Below, in pieces: positions 1-9,503 of a DNA stretch of 64,000 nucleotides. Position 1 is the first letter of the stretch. The number at the start of each line of letters is the position of its first letter. Below the pieces are notes generated by a model, which saw nothing but the letters and a program-made list of their open reading frames with translations, was not told the origin of the DNA and made no database searches. The stretch comes from Escherichia phage SUT_E420. The position numbers were made by a program, and so were the translations under genes. The stretch lies in sequence record OQ990039; one strand, 5' to 3'.

Positions 1-71
1 ACGAAAGAAACGTTTGTCTATTCCGAAATCAATAACATCTACTGTGTTAACGTAGGGTCTTGATACTTCCA

Positions 72-554
72 TTACTTCTTACCTCCAGTAGCTAGGGAAG
101 TAATTAAGTCCATGTAGTTTTGATCCCCAGCTCCAGCAATAATATTATTCTGGATGTTGGTCTGGTTAGCTGGAGTACGGGCTGCTGCCTTCACTTTCTC
201 CAATTCTACCATCATTTTCATTTCTTCCATTTTCATTTTATGTGCTTTCCAGAGAATATCCATAATATCTTGGTCAGAACCCATGCCAGTTTCTTCCAGT
301 TCCTCTAGTTTACGCTTGATAACCTCATCTAGAACACCAAATAAACGATCTCTGTTACGGAATCCACTCTCCATAAAAATATCGTTTAAGTAATTCTTAA
401 CTTCACTACGATTCATAATATCTCGGAAAGCAATTTCGGACATCCCAAGACTACGTGCGGCAGAAGGCACATCGCTGCCGCACTGTAAATACGCTTCAAT
501 TACATCCATCCCTTCAGGGGACATAAGATCTGGTACTAATACATCATTTGCCAT
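72..554 (-). CDS. hypothetical protein, possible helix-turn-helix
   Basis: 160-aa ORF co-oriented with and just downstream of the pb5-like gene; segment [20 protein letters not shown] looks HTH-like; no family assigned. Confidence 0.5.
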
Positions 555-564
555 ATTTCCTCCT

Positions 565-2664
565 TTAGGTAAGGCGTTGAATTATAAGTTTAATATTTGG
601 TAAGCATGCTTTCATGCCAATTATATTGCTCATAGAGGATTCTAACCAAATAGAGATATTATTATTTCCATCATTTCTCATATAATATGTTAGAGTATAG
701 TAACCCGTTTGACCTACTGATCCCGGCAACCCAGATACCCAGTACGGAGTTGGAGTATACCCAGCAGCCTGTAATTTACAAGCNNNNNNNNNNNNNNNNN
801 NNNNNNNNNNNNNNNNNNNNNNNNNNNNNNNNNNNNNNNNNNNNNNNNNNNNNNNNNNNNNNNNNNNNNNNNNNNNNNNNNNNGTTTGACCTACTGATCC
901 CGGCAACCCAGATACCCAGTACGGAGTTGGAGTATACCCAGCAGCCTGTAATTTACAAGCATTTACTACAGTACCTTTAATAGTAAAAAATGGTACATAT
1001 TCTCCTGCAGGTAGGGACAATATTTGGTGAAGTTTTTTATCGATAGTATTGCCACCCATTCTGAACCTACTATCTCCATATTCGGCGCCTTTAGATAGCA
1101 TTTCCGTAGGATTAAAGCAGCCAATACCTCCTGCAGACAACCATGTGTCATCCAGGAACTCCATAGTACATACAATTGCGCCATTTCTACTACTATTAAG
1201 ATCTAGTCCCACGGTGCCAACATGCACGGAACCATTACCCTGAAATACTATGTTACCAGATAGTACAGTACTTCCGCTACCACCTAGAAGTCTTAAAGGT
1301 AAAAGATTCTCACTCCAAACATCTCCATAATTGCTGCCTATTTTTGGAGGATTACTAGAAACATACCAAGATGCTGAAGGTAAAAAGTTATAAATACTAA
1401 CTACATTAGTATTTAAACCACCAACGTTACCACCTTTAATACTTGGTGCGTTATTGCTTTCCGTAGTGGGCAGCCCAAATGTTGCTATGCCAGAAACTCC
1501 AGTAGAGGGGGCACCCATACTCAAGTTACACCCAACATCACGAAAATCAGCTCTGCTACCTACATTAAAGTTTTTCTCAACAAAGTTAATAAACTTCCAT
1601 GACGTATTATTAACATTAACCCCTTTAATAATAAACTCTCTTGGGCTAAGTTTAATATCATTGCCAGTAAATAGCCCACTATCAATACTGTATCCTGAGC
1701 CATTGTATACTAGATTGGTAACATACCAAGTAATTTTAGATGGATAAATACCGAGGTGCTCACTATATATACCTATAGGCCCATTAGCAGCATCATTCGG
1801 ATCACCCATACTTTCCCAATAAGCATAGTTAGTGGGATCAGCACGTGCGAAACCTACAGAGTACTTAGGAGCCGAGGGATTGCTAGGGTTATCTATAAAG
1901 TTAAGAGCCCCAGAACTAGAAGCACCGTGCACAGCTCCAGCAGTGGTATAGTTAGGCCCTTCCATACCGTAAAGAACTCTATTGCAAGATCTACCACGAA
2001 CATATATGGCGTTAAATCCAAAGTTTCTAGCTCCGGGATGCCTAACGTAGTCGCTAGGGATAGTTATGGATCCTGAGCTGGGCACAATATATCCTGAACC
2101 ATCCCAGGCAGACTTATAAAGAGCGGCACCACCTAAGTACATTGCACTAGATGCAAATCCTCTACGCCCACTAAAGGCGCCAAACATATGCTGACATCCA
2201 GTACCATCTCTAAGCTTCTGGGGAATAGTTCCACTAGTTCCACTGTTAAAATAACCTACATCAAGGGATAGATCAGCACTAGCTGTTATTTGTGTTTTTA
2301 AGCCACCCTGGGACATGACCTGTGGATTTATAATTCCGTACGCCTTAGCACCTACCCCCATAGACATACCGGATAACATATGTCTAGAGCCATCTGAGAA
2401 CTCAATCTCCGTCAGCACAACTCTATTAGGATCATTATTATGTAACTGGGTAATTCTGCTAGGCATATCAGACCAGTAGTAATCTCCAGCACCTTGATCT
2501 AGCCTTAACCCTGTGGAGTGAGTTTCTGTTATGATAACATGGGGCATATCTGAATGGAATATGGTCTGAGAGTCAGGATTAATATGTTGATTAGTATCTC
2601 CGCCACTACCCCTGCGCAGAGAGAGTATAGATTTATTATTTAGCTTGCCAGCGAAAAAACTCAT
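565..2664 (-). CDS. oad: receptor-binding tail protein, pb5-like
   Basis: 699-aa Gly-rich ORF divergent from llp-type lipoprotein gene; includes about 59 artefactual residues from N-gap 782-883 plus duplicated flank, so true length is near 640 aa. Confidence 0.75.
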
Positions 2665-2683
2665 AAGTTCTCCAAAAATTTAA

Positions 2684-2712
2684 TTGCCTATATTGCTATA
2701 ATTCTGTATAAT
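2684..2712 (+). promoter_or_regulatory. sigma70-type promoter for llp (-35 TTGCCT, 17 bp, -10 TATAAT)
   Basis: TTGCCT at 2684-2689 and TATAAT at 2707-2712, followed by AGGAGA Shine-Dalgarno and ATG at 2744. Confidence 0.6.
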
Positions 2713-2743
2713 AGTATTATAAATTAAACATAGGAGAATGTAA

Positions 2744-2977
2744 ATGAAAAAATTATTTTTAGCTATGGCAGTGGTACTTCTTTCGGCTTGCTCTACTTTT
2801 GGTCCTAAAGATATTAAATGTGAGGCCTACTATGTACAAGATCATGTGAAATATAAGGCTAATGTTTTTGATAGGAAAGGGGATATGTTTTTGGTGTCAC
2901 CAATTATGGCCTATGGGTCTTTTTGGGCTCCCGTAAGCTACTTTACTGAGGGGAATACATGTGAGGGAGTTTTCTAA
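2744..2977 (+). CDS. llp: Llp-like lipoprotein (receptor-blocking superinfection exclusion)
   Basis: 77 aa; signal peptide MKKLFLAMAVVLLSAC with lipobox LSAC; divergent from receptor-binding protein gene. Confidence 0.8.
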   Translation: MKKLFLAMAVVLLSACSTFGPKDIKCEAYYVQDHVKYKANVFDRKGDMFLVSPIMAYGSFWAPVSYFTEGNTCEGVF

Positions 2978-3238
2978 GTAAAAACGACCTTAGTAACTAT
3001 CACCACTTAAGATAATCCTAGCGCAGAATTAGTCCAGGATGCCACACAAGACACTAGGGAAGGTATAATAAGAATATTTATACTAATCACTGCAATTGCT
3101 AGGGTATTCCAAATACCATACTCATAGGAGCATGAAAGATATGTCAAATAAAAGAAAGAACAGACGTGGAGAAGTGTACGAAGCGTGGGTTAATATTTAC
3201 GGATTTGGTTTTGTATTATTCTTAATCTTCGTAGGTTT

Positions 3239-3424
3239 TTGGTTAGCAGCTATGGCGGGGTGGCTATAATGGAATGGGTAATTATTGGCATATTCGTCTT
3301 ATTGATACTTCTCTTTGCAGGCTTACGTGTAATAGATACCTCTGTAACCCAAACAGAGATTAAATTAATGCAGTTGAGCAATAGATTATCTAGAATTGAA
3401 ACTTTATTAGAGGAGCGTAAATAA
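3239..3424 (+). CDS. small membrane protein (TM helix plus coiled coil)
   Basis: ORF with MEWVIIGIFVLLILLFAG hydrophobic N-terminus; likely true start at internal MEWVII (about 3269). Confidence 0.5.
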   Translation: MVSSYGGVAIMEWVIIGIFVLLILLFAGLRVIDTSVTQTEIKLMQLSNRLSRIETLLEERK

Positions 3425-3531
3425 TGGAATGGGTAATTATTGCACTACTGGGGATTGTGATTATTGGGCAATGTATCTTAGATAATCACTTAGCTAGAAT
3501 CGAAACCTTACTATCGGAGAAACATAAATGA
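3424..3531 (+). CDS. small membrane protein, paralog of preceding ORF
   Basis: 35-aa ORF MEWVIIALLGIVIIG... starting at TAATG overlap with upstream stop; ends ...IETLL-like as upstream paralog. Confidence 0.35.
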   Translation: MEWVIIALLGIVIIGQCILDNHLARIETLLSEKHK

Positions 3532-3722
3532 TGGAAGTGGCAATTACACTAATGGTAATATTAGTCTGGGTAATCCTCATTGTCTCTCGTATCGTGTATC
3601 TCCGCCTAAAAACTCTAGAAGCCCAGGTAAAACAACAACAAGTTATTCTAGAAAAGCTAGTACTACTGCAACGTTGTGATAGCACCCGTATTCTGCAAAT
3701 TGAGAGGGAATTAGATGTTTAG
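3528..3722 (+). CDS. small membrane protein
   Basis: 64-aa ORF, hydrophobic N-terminus ITLMVILVWVILIV, start overlaps upstream stop (ATGA). Confidence 0.5.
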   Translation: MMEVAITLMVILVWVILIVSRIVYLRLKTLEAQVKQQQVILEKLVLLQRCDSTRILQIERELDV

Positions 3723-3960
3723 TATTATAATTGCTTTTATTATCGGGATACTCGCGGGAGTTTTCGGGACGACTGCGGCAATCAATAAGCATCGGGAATA
3801 TATTGCGGGAGTGACGCGGGAGATTGCGGAAAGGGAGCGGAAGTTTGACGAGAAACGTGCGGAGTTTGAGCGAGAGTGGTCGGATGGATCTCGGGCGTCG
3901 CGGAAGAGATTCCGGGAGTTCAGACCAGAACACAGGTTTGATGACCCTTCTATGCGCTAA
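3715..3960 (+). CDS. small membrane protein with basic/acidic C-terminal tail
   Basis: 81-aa ORF, N-terminal TM segment IIIAFIIGILAGVFG, overlapping start with upstream ORF. Confidence 0.5.
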   Translation: MFSIIIAFIIGILAGVFGTTAAINKHREYIAGVTREIAERERKFDEKRAEFEREWSDGSRASRKRFREFRPEHRFDDPSMR

Positions 3961-4062
3961 TTCGACTTTTGTCAAATTTCATAAGATTACACATGGAGGT
4001 GTGTCCAGTGGCTCCCCAGATGAGAATGAGTCTCATTACCGCCCGGTACTTAGCAAGCTAAT

Positions 4063-4095
4063 AGTCACGGCATGTTATCATTACACACCGTGACT
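4063..4095. terminator. hairpin between convergent genes (possible bidirectional terminator)
   Basis: 8-bp stem AGTCACGG/CCGTGACT with 17-nt loop between the end of the plus-strand small-gene array and the dmp-like gene. Confidence 0.35.
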
Positions 4096-4111
4096 ATTTC
4101 AACTTTAATTA

Positions 4112-4846
4112 TTACGCAACTTTTAATTTCTCAATATATTGTTGCGGGCTGCAACTATATTCTGCGCGTTCTTCCTCGGTCATACTTTCCCAACATAATT
4201 TCAAACGATCAGCTAGGAACTGATAATCATTATCATCATCGAGAGATTCATCGATAAAGGTTTCACCTATCAATGCAACGCCGATTGATAGAATATCGTT
4301 AATGGCTTGCGCGTCCAGCGTTTTAAATCCGTATGATGCCGCCGCTGATAGCACGCCTTTATGATCGTCAATCATTGTAAAGTCAGCGTTTGGATATAAT
4401 TGTTTAAATAATTCAAAATAATACGATTTATAAATGGCGTCTTTGCTGTGGTATATCTCGCTAACTTTATCAGCTTCAAAATATTTGTGTAGTGTATCGC
4501 GGGAAAATACACGGATATTACTATCACCACGACCGCGCAACCCTTGTTTACGCAAATAATAATAGTCCGACTTGCTCATTAGTCGAGCGGTGCAAATAAT
4601 GTTTAAAGTATTTGCATCATTCATACATTGGCGCATATATTCAACCAATGGCAATAAAGTATCTTGCATTATTAAATGATGTTTGCAGGCTTCATTTTTA
4701 TACTTATTTAAATCTAAATTGCCCTCACTATCAAAGCAAGGCGCTACACGATGGAAAGAATTAATGATAGTGCCGTCTAAATCCCAAATCATGACGCGGG
4801 AAATATGCGGGAAATTACGGGAAATATTCATAATAGCTTTATTCAT
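4112..4846 (-). CDS. dmp: HAD-family 5'-deoxyribonucleotidase, Dmp-like
   Basis: 244 aa; DLDGT HAD phosphatase motif near N-terminus; size matches T5 pre-early Dmp. Confidence 0.7.
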   Translation of the reverse strand: MNKAIMNISRNFPHISRVMIWDLDGTIINSFHRVAPCFDSEGNLDLNKYKNEACKHHLIMQDTLLPLVEYMRQCMNDANTLNIICTARLMSKSDYYYLRKQGLRGRGDSNIRVFSRDTLHKYFEADKVSEIYHSKDAIYKSYYFELFKQLYPNADFTMIDDHKGVLSAAASYGFKTLDAQAINDILSIGVALIGETFIDESLDDDNDYQFLADRLKLCWESMTEEERAEYSCSPQQYIEKLKVA

Positions 4847-4925
4847 TTGTTACGTTCTCCATTAAAGGGATTTAGTTTATCCAGCATTACCCGCTATTTA
4901 TAAGCGGGTAATAATAAATCAACTA

Positions 4926-5318
4926 TTAAAGACCATAAGCCAACGCATCAGCAATAAAACTAATATCCTCACCTGATACATGGGAACGAATACCCGCGCA
5001 GGTATATACCTTTGCGCTCGCTAGCTGATCATCAAGGCAAGCGAGGCAAGGCGCGACAACTGCAAAGGCTAGGCCGGATTTTACTGCGTCGATGATAATC
5101 GTTTCTTGTTTCACCGTGTCAATATAAACGCCTTTTGCTTTAATATGGCTTGTTAGTTTGCCTTGCATATATGCAAATGTTGTAACCTGCATCGCATCAT
5201 TGAAATCTAACAATTCATCAATAACGTGCCACGCCTCGACGTGATAACGTTCACCATTAGAATAAACCAGAACAATGGAAGACTGAGCGCGATCGAATGG
5301 AATATTTTGCTTTTTCAT
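4926..5318 (-). CDS. hypothetical protein
   Basis: 130-aa ORF co-oriented with dmp-like gene, short intergenic gap. Confidence 0.5.
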   Translation of the reverse strand: MKKQNIPFDRAQSSIVLVYSNGERYHVEAWHVIDELLDFNDAMQVTTFAYMQGKLTSHIKAKGVYIDTVKQETIIIDAVKSGLAFAVVAPCLACLDDQLASAKVYTCAGIRSHVSGEDISFIADALAYGL

Positions 5319-5356
5319 ATTTATAAAACCCCAATTAGTTTAATAATGGATTTAAA

Positions 5357-5704
5357 TTATTTGATAATAATCTGCATCTGGTACGGCGTTAATTCACCGT
5401 TTACGGGTAGATTATTATCACTTAGCCACTCATAAAAAGCGCTATCGTCATCAAAAGGAACAACATCATTATCACGGTAATCTACGGAAATAACGCCATC
5501 AGTATTAGTTTTAGCGGCTAGGATAGGCCCGAAGCTGTAAACTTTATCAGATTCCATTTCATCCGGTGAAATNNNNNNNNNNNNNNNNNNNNNNNNNNNN
5601 NNNNNNNNNNNNNNNNNNNNNNNNNNNNNNNNNNNNNNNNNNNNNNNNNNNNNNNNNNNNNNNNNNNNNNNNGAAGTGAGCACGGCTAAACATGATATGA
5701 TCAT
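5357..5704 (-). CDS. hypothetical protein (N-terminus obscured by N-gap)
   Basis: ORF runs into N-gap 5572-5672; annotated N-terminus is not trustworthy. Confidence 0.4.
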   Translation of the reverse strand: MIISCLAVLTXXXXXXXXXXXXXXXXXXXXXXXXXXXXXXXXXXISPDEMESDKVYSFGPILAAKTNTDGVISVDYRDNDVVPFDDDSAFYEWLSDNNLPVNGELTPYQMQIIIK

Positions 5705-6134
5705 TTTAGTCGATTGTCATACTGGCTATTGCGGGGAAGGGAATACCGAGGAATACTTTGTTCCTGCTGGTACGGATCTGGACGCTTTCGCTCATGAAAT
5801 GGCTATTGATAATGCTTCTCGTTTTGGTAGCGATGGCTATGAAGACGAAGAAACTGGCGAATGGTATGAAAATGAAAACGTATATGCTGGCCTTTATCAT
5901 TATCAATTAAGTAAATCCGGCACATATGTAAACGGCGGCGATCCTATTAATTCCGTCATGAAATTAATTATTAAATATGGTGGCGTCGAAATAATTGATA
6001 ATAAAGCGGTAATATACGCAAATCGATTAAAACAGCTTGTTTATATTCCTGATAATACCCGATGGGAGGAATACGCTGTTTTACATGATGAATTAAAACG
6101 ATGTTTCAATGTTGAATCCTTACAGGTAGTTTAA
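5676..6134 (+). CDS. hypothetical protein
   Basis: 152-aa ORF starting right after N-gap; true start may lie in the gap. Confidence 0.5.
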   Translation: MSTAKHDMIILVDCHTGYCGEGNTEEYFVPAGTDLDAFAHEMAIDNASRFGSDGYEDEETGEWYENENVYAGLYHYQLSKSGTYVNGGDPINSVMKLIIKYGGVEIIDNKAVIYANRLKQLVYIPDNTRWEEYAVLHDELKRCFNVESLQVV

Positions 6135-6238
6135 TGTAAAGTTTTGTAAAGGTCGCCTTTTATGGTGGCCTTTTTTGTTATAATGCTTTTACACCAAAAC
6201 GGTGGATTAAAAATTTCCCAAAAATTTGGAGGCTTAAA

Positions 6239-6469
6239 ATGGTTGCTTACTCTTCTGCTACTCATCTGTTCACCGCTCAAGGCTGGGTATCTAACCGCGC
6301 CATTATTCATGAAATGGTGCAGGAGTTCGGCATTGCTAAAACTTATAACACCATCCAAGAACTATACAACGCCGATAAAATCGATCAGCAAACGGCGGGC
6401 TTTTTGCTGGACACGCTGAAAGCGGAACACTGTACTAAAAAACAAGCTGCAAAAATTGTTTTAATGTAA
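6239..6469 (+). CDS. hypothetical protein
   Basis: 76-aa ORF with upstream GGAGG-like ribosome-binding site. Confidence 0.5.
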   Translation: MVAYSSATHLFTAQGWVSNRAIIHEMVQEFGIAKTYNTIQELYNADKIDQQTAGFLLDTLKAEHCTKKQAAKIVLM

Positions 6470-6519
6470 TTAGTAACGGGGGATATTATATCCCTCACTG
6501 ACTAGGAGAATAAAAAAAA

Positions 6520-6669
6520 ATGGTTATTTTTCGAGCTATTCTGGCGGGTATCTTGGGCGCTATTTTATCGTTGTTTGCAATAGCTTTTGGCGTTCACGCC
6601 GTTATTATTGGCGCTGGCATTGCTGCGTTTTCTTATCTGCTGGGCTGCATGACTAGTAAAGGAGAATAA
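6520..6669 (+). CDS. small membrane protein (49 aa)
   Basis: Below ORF-track cutoff; AGGAGA ribosome-binding site then ATG; entirely hydrophobic; stop followed directly by next gene. Confidence 0.4.
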   Translation: MVIFRAILAGILGAILSLFAIAFGVHAVIIGAGIAAFSYLLGCMTSKGE

Positions 6670-6671
6670 AA

Positions 6672-6884
6672 ATGATCCGCAACGTTTCCCTTGCACGTTC
6701 GAAAGGCTTTAAGCTGGTGGATGTTAACACGTTCGAGCGGGAAGATTGTAAAATCGAATATGTAGCACGTAACAAAAATGCCTTTCGTGTTACCGAGAAA
6801 AAATTTGATAAGCGCGGCAACGTGATAGCTGAAACAGTTAAACACTTTGCCACCTTTTACGCTGCGTTTCGTGGGGTACTATGA
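6672..6884 (+). CDS. hypothetical protein
   Basis: 70-aa ORF, AGGAGA ribosome-binding site upstream. Confidence 0.5.
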   Translation: MIRNVSLARSKGFKLVDVNTFEREDCKIEYVARNKNAFRVTEKKFDKRGNVIAETVKHFATFYAAFRGVL

Positions 6885-7126
6885 AAAGCGTTATTGTTAT
6901 TATCCTTGCAATGGCTGGCGGTTTTATCGCCACCTTATTTAAAAATGACCCCATTTCATTGGGGATCTTTATGCTTTTATCTGGCTATCTAATCGGGAGG
7001 CTAACAAATGATTCAGCAAATTAAAACGGCTTTTCGTTTTTGGGGCGTCCTGCCTTCAATTGGTTTTATTCTGATAATTATTAGTCAGCTAATGATCATC
7101 GGCGGAACTATTTGGGAGCTATGCAA

Positions 7127-7471
7127 ATGATAATTTATGAAGGCAATCGTTTTGTTGCTAATTGCCGCCCAGCATTATTAGCAAACTATTTAAATCAGCT
7201 TTCCCCAGCTTATAAGGGCGTTATTAATATTTATGAGGGCAAGGCACATTATAAAATTAATGCGGTCGTTGCCCGTGAACTAGCGTTTCAATTTTTGACC
7301 TTTGCATCTTGTGACGTTCAGGTTATGGGTGAAGCATTAATTGCAGAAAATGAAGATGATTTTATTAATATTTTCCGCAAGGTATGTACCGAGCGCCTGA
7401 TAATGAAAGGCGCATATATTCAATCCACTGCGGATAGTATTGAAACAGCGTTTCGAAAGGTGGCGCAATGA
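7127..7471 (+). CDS. hypothetical protein
   Basis: ORF 7112-7471; likely start at MIIYEGNRF (ATGA overlap with a small upstream membrane ORF). Confidence 0.5.
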   Translation: MIIYEGNRFVANCRPALLANYLNQLSPAYKGVINIYEGKAHYKINAVVARELAFQFLTFASCDVQVMGEALIAENEDDFINIFRKVCTERLIMKGAYIQSTADSIETAFRKVAQ

Positions 7472-7572
7472 GATTATATATTTTCGTTGGTAATAGTAAG
7501 GCCGCTAATGATTCCGCTGGTGGCGATAACATTCGCCACTATTGGCAAAAATATATTTACTAGGGAGTTATT

Positions 7573-7767
7573 ATGAGTAATAAAATAGTTGTAACCAAGA
7601 TCAGTACAATGGTTGATGTTTTTTACGTGCCAGATACGCCGGAGAATCGGCAAGCGGTCGAGCGTGGCGAATATGATAAAGTGATTTATGATCACGATGG
7701 TTATTATCAGTATTTGGTGGATTCCTACGGGGAGGAGGAAAAAATCACGCATCGACTACCAGACTAA
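7573..7767 (+). CDS. hypothetical protein
   Basis: 64-aa ORF with AGGGAG ribosome-binding site; last gene before non-coding repeat region. Confidence 0.5.
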   Translation: MSNKIVVTKISTMVDVFYVPDTPENRQAVERGEYDKVIYDHDGYYQYLVDSYGEEEKITHRLPD

Positions 7768-8051
7768 TAATCACGGGGCGCAACTATCAGGGAGTGCCCC
7801 CAATTTTCAAATGAGAATGATTCTCATTTAACCGCGCCCGCGATGGTTAGCCTGCTAATGATTAGGGTGTTACGTGTCGCCTTGTGTGATCGTTAGCTCG
7901 CTAACTAATTTCTAAGCCTCCTCCAATTTTACCCGTGTTTTAGTATCCCCAACAAAATTAAACGCGTTAGAATGCGTTTGAGAGCGTTTTAGCTGTATAT
8001 TAGAATTATTCACTGCATAGGAATACTGTATATTTATACAGTAGGATAAGC

Positions 8052-8133
8052 TGTTGATAAGTCTGTTGATAACGCCTCAAAATGGCTAGGATTTTGTCAA
8101 GTCAAATCGTGCTGTTGATAAGTCTGTGGATAA
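8052..8133. repeat. cluster of four DnaA-box-like 9-mers
   Basis: TGTTGATAA at 8052, 8064, 8113 and TGTGGATAA at 8125 (reverse complement of TTATCCACA), all in direct orientation. Confidence 0.6.
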
Positions 8134-8149
8134 CTTAAATAATAGTGTT

Positions 8150-8330
8150 TCTCACTTCCATTCTTAAATACGAATCAGTATCATTCGCATTTCACTATCT
8201 AACTAATAATCATTCCACTTTTTAAATGAGAATCGTTTCACTTCCTGAATAATTCTCACTTCCATTCTTAAATGCGAATTATTATCATTCACATTCCGCT
8301 TTTTAAATGAGAATGATTCTCATTATCATT
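8150..8330. repeat. direct repeats and palindromes (GAGAATGATTCTC family)
   Basis: TTCTCACTTCCATTCTTAAAT(A/G)CGAAT occurs twice; palindrome AAATGAGAATGATTCTCATT at 8305-8324; similar palindromes near 7811 and 4024. Confidence 0.6.
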
Positions 8331-8366
8331 CGTATTCAGGCAAGCAGGGCAATTGCCCTGCGCTTT

Positions 8367-8968
8367 TGTGCAAATCCGACATTTGCCCCCATGGATTACG
8401 CGTGGGCGTGTATGTGCGAATCCGACAATTTTTGGTAGTGTGCAAATCCGACCCGAAAAATTTTTATAATGTGCGGATCCGACAATGAATTTTCCTAAAA
8501 ACTCCAGCAATCCGATGCTGCGCATCAATCCTGTGGAATTAACTAGAATATGTGCAAATCCGACATGGGTTTATTTGTGCGAATCCGACAAGATTTTTGT
8601 GACTTCGATTGGAGAGTGTGTGATTGTAAGAGTTTGGGGAGAAGTTGAGAGATCGAGAAAAATTTGAGGGAACTGCGAGAGGGGCGCATGTTTGGTGCGT
8701 AGCACCTGATTTGCGGGGATTTTGGGGAAGAGTTGAGAAGATTTGGGTTAATTTGAGATTAGTGCAGATAAAGTAAAATCTTATTAGCTAAATGGGGCAA
8801 AATAGCTTGACAAGTGAAAGTTTCTGTGGCTCTAAAAACTCAGGCAATCATGGGCCTTCGGCCCGAAATAATGCTGCCATTTTCAAGAGATTATATGTTC
8901 CTAAAAACTTAGGCAATTGTGCAAATCCGACCATAAATTTCTAGAAACACAATGTGCAAATCCGACAG
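8367..8968. repeat. dispersed 15-mer repeat family TGTGC(A/G)(A/G)ATCCGAC(A/C), about 8 copies
   Basis: Copies near 8367, 8413, 8439, 8470, 8551, 8576, 8928, 8954 in non-coding DNA; irregular spacing. Confidence 0.65.
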
Positions 8969-9503
8969 TAATTTCTGGAAATGTGTTTTCAAAAAATGTC
9001 TCCTAGAAATAACCGCCCTCCCCATAACCGCCCTGTATTAAACCGCCTAGTATATGTTCCTAGAAACTTAGGAGAACCGCCCTAGAAAGAGTGAGTATTT
9101 CGTGAGAACTCTGGAGTTTCTAGGAAAGTGTTGTGCCATCCTAGCAGATGAGCGGCAACAGGTGTATCATCTTGAATGTAAATTATGTGGTCAAAAGTTT
9201 TACTTTTATTTTAAATATAAGATCCCCCAGGGTTCTCATATAGAGCTTTGCCCCCGCCAGAAGGTCTCGTGATGTTTCTAGCAATTTATATTAAATTACT
9301 TATTAACTTGTCCTGTCGCTCCGTATCCTCCGCTACAAGTTAGTAATTTTAAATTACTGAACCACCACACCTTCTGTGTGGCAACTCTAAATGGTTAATT
9401 CTATTAACTCATAGAGTTATGATAACATACATTTAGCTATCTGTCAACGAGAGTTTGTATTTGAGTCTCGGTACAGGTATTGTGCACCGAGACATGCAGG
9501 ATC

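Noticed and set aside
120-2076. Plus-strand ORFs 120-308, 154-393, 687-980, 1049-1243, 1454-1747, 1756-2076
   Set aside because: All lie antisense within the HTH-protein and pb5-like genes, lack ribosome-binding sites, and one spans the N-gap; treated as chance ORFs
8367-8968. Possible CRISPR array from the repeated 15-mer TGTGCAAATCCGACA
   Set aside because: Repeats are only about 15 bp, degenerate and irregularly spaced (20-350 bp); no cas genes; better explained as protein-binding sites in the terminal-repeat-like region
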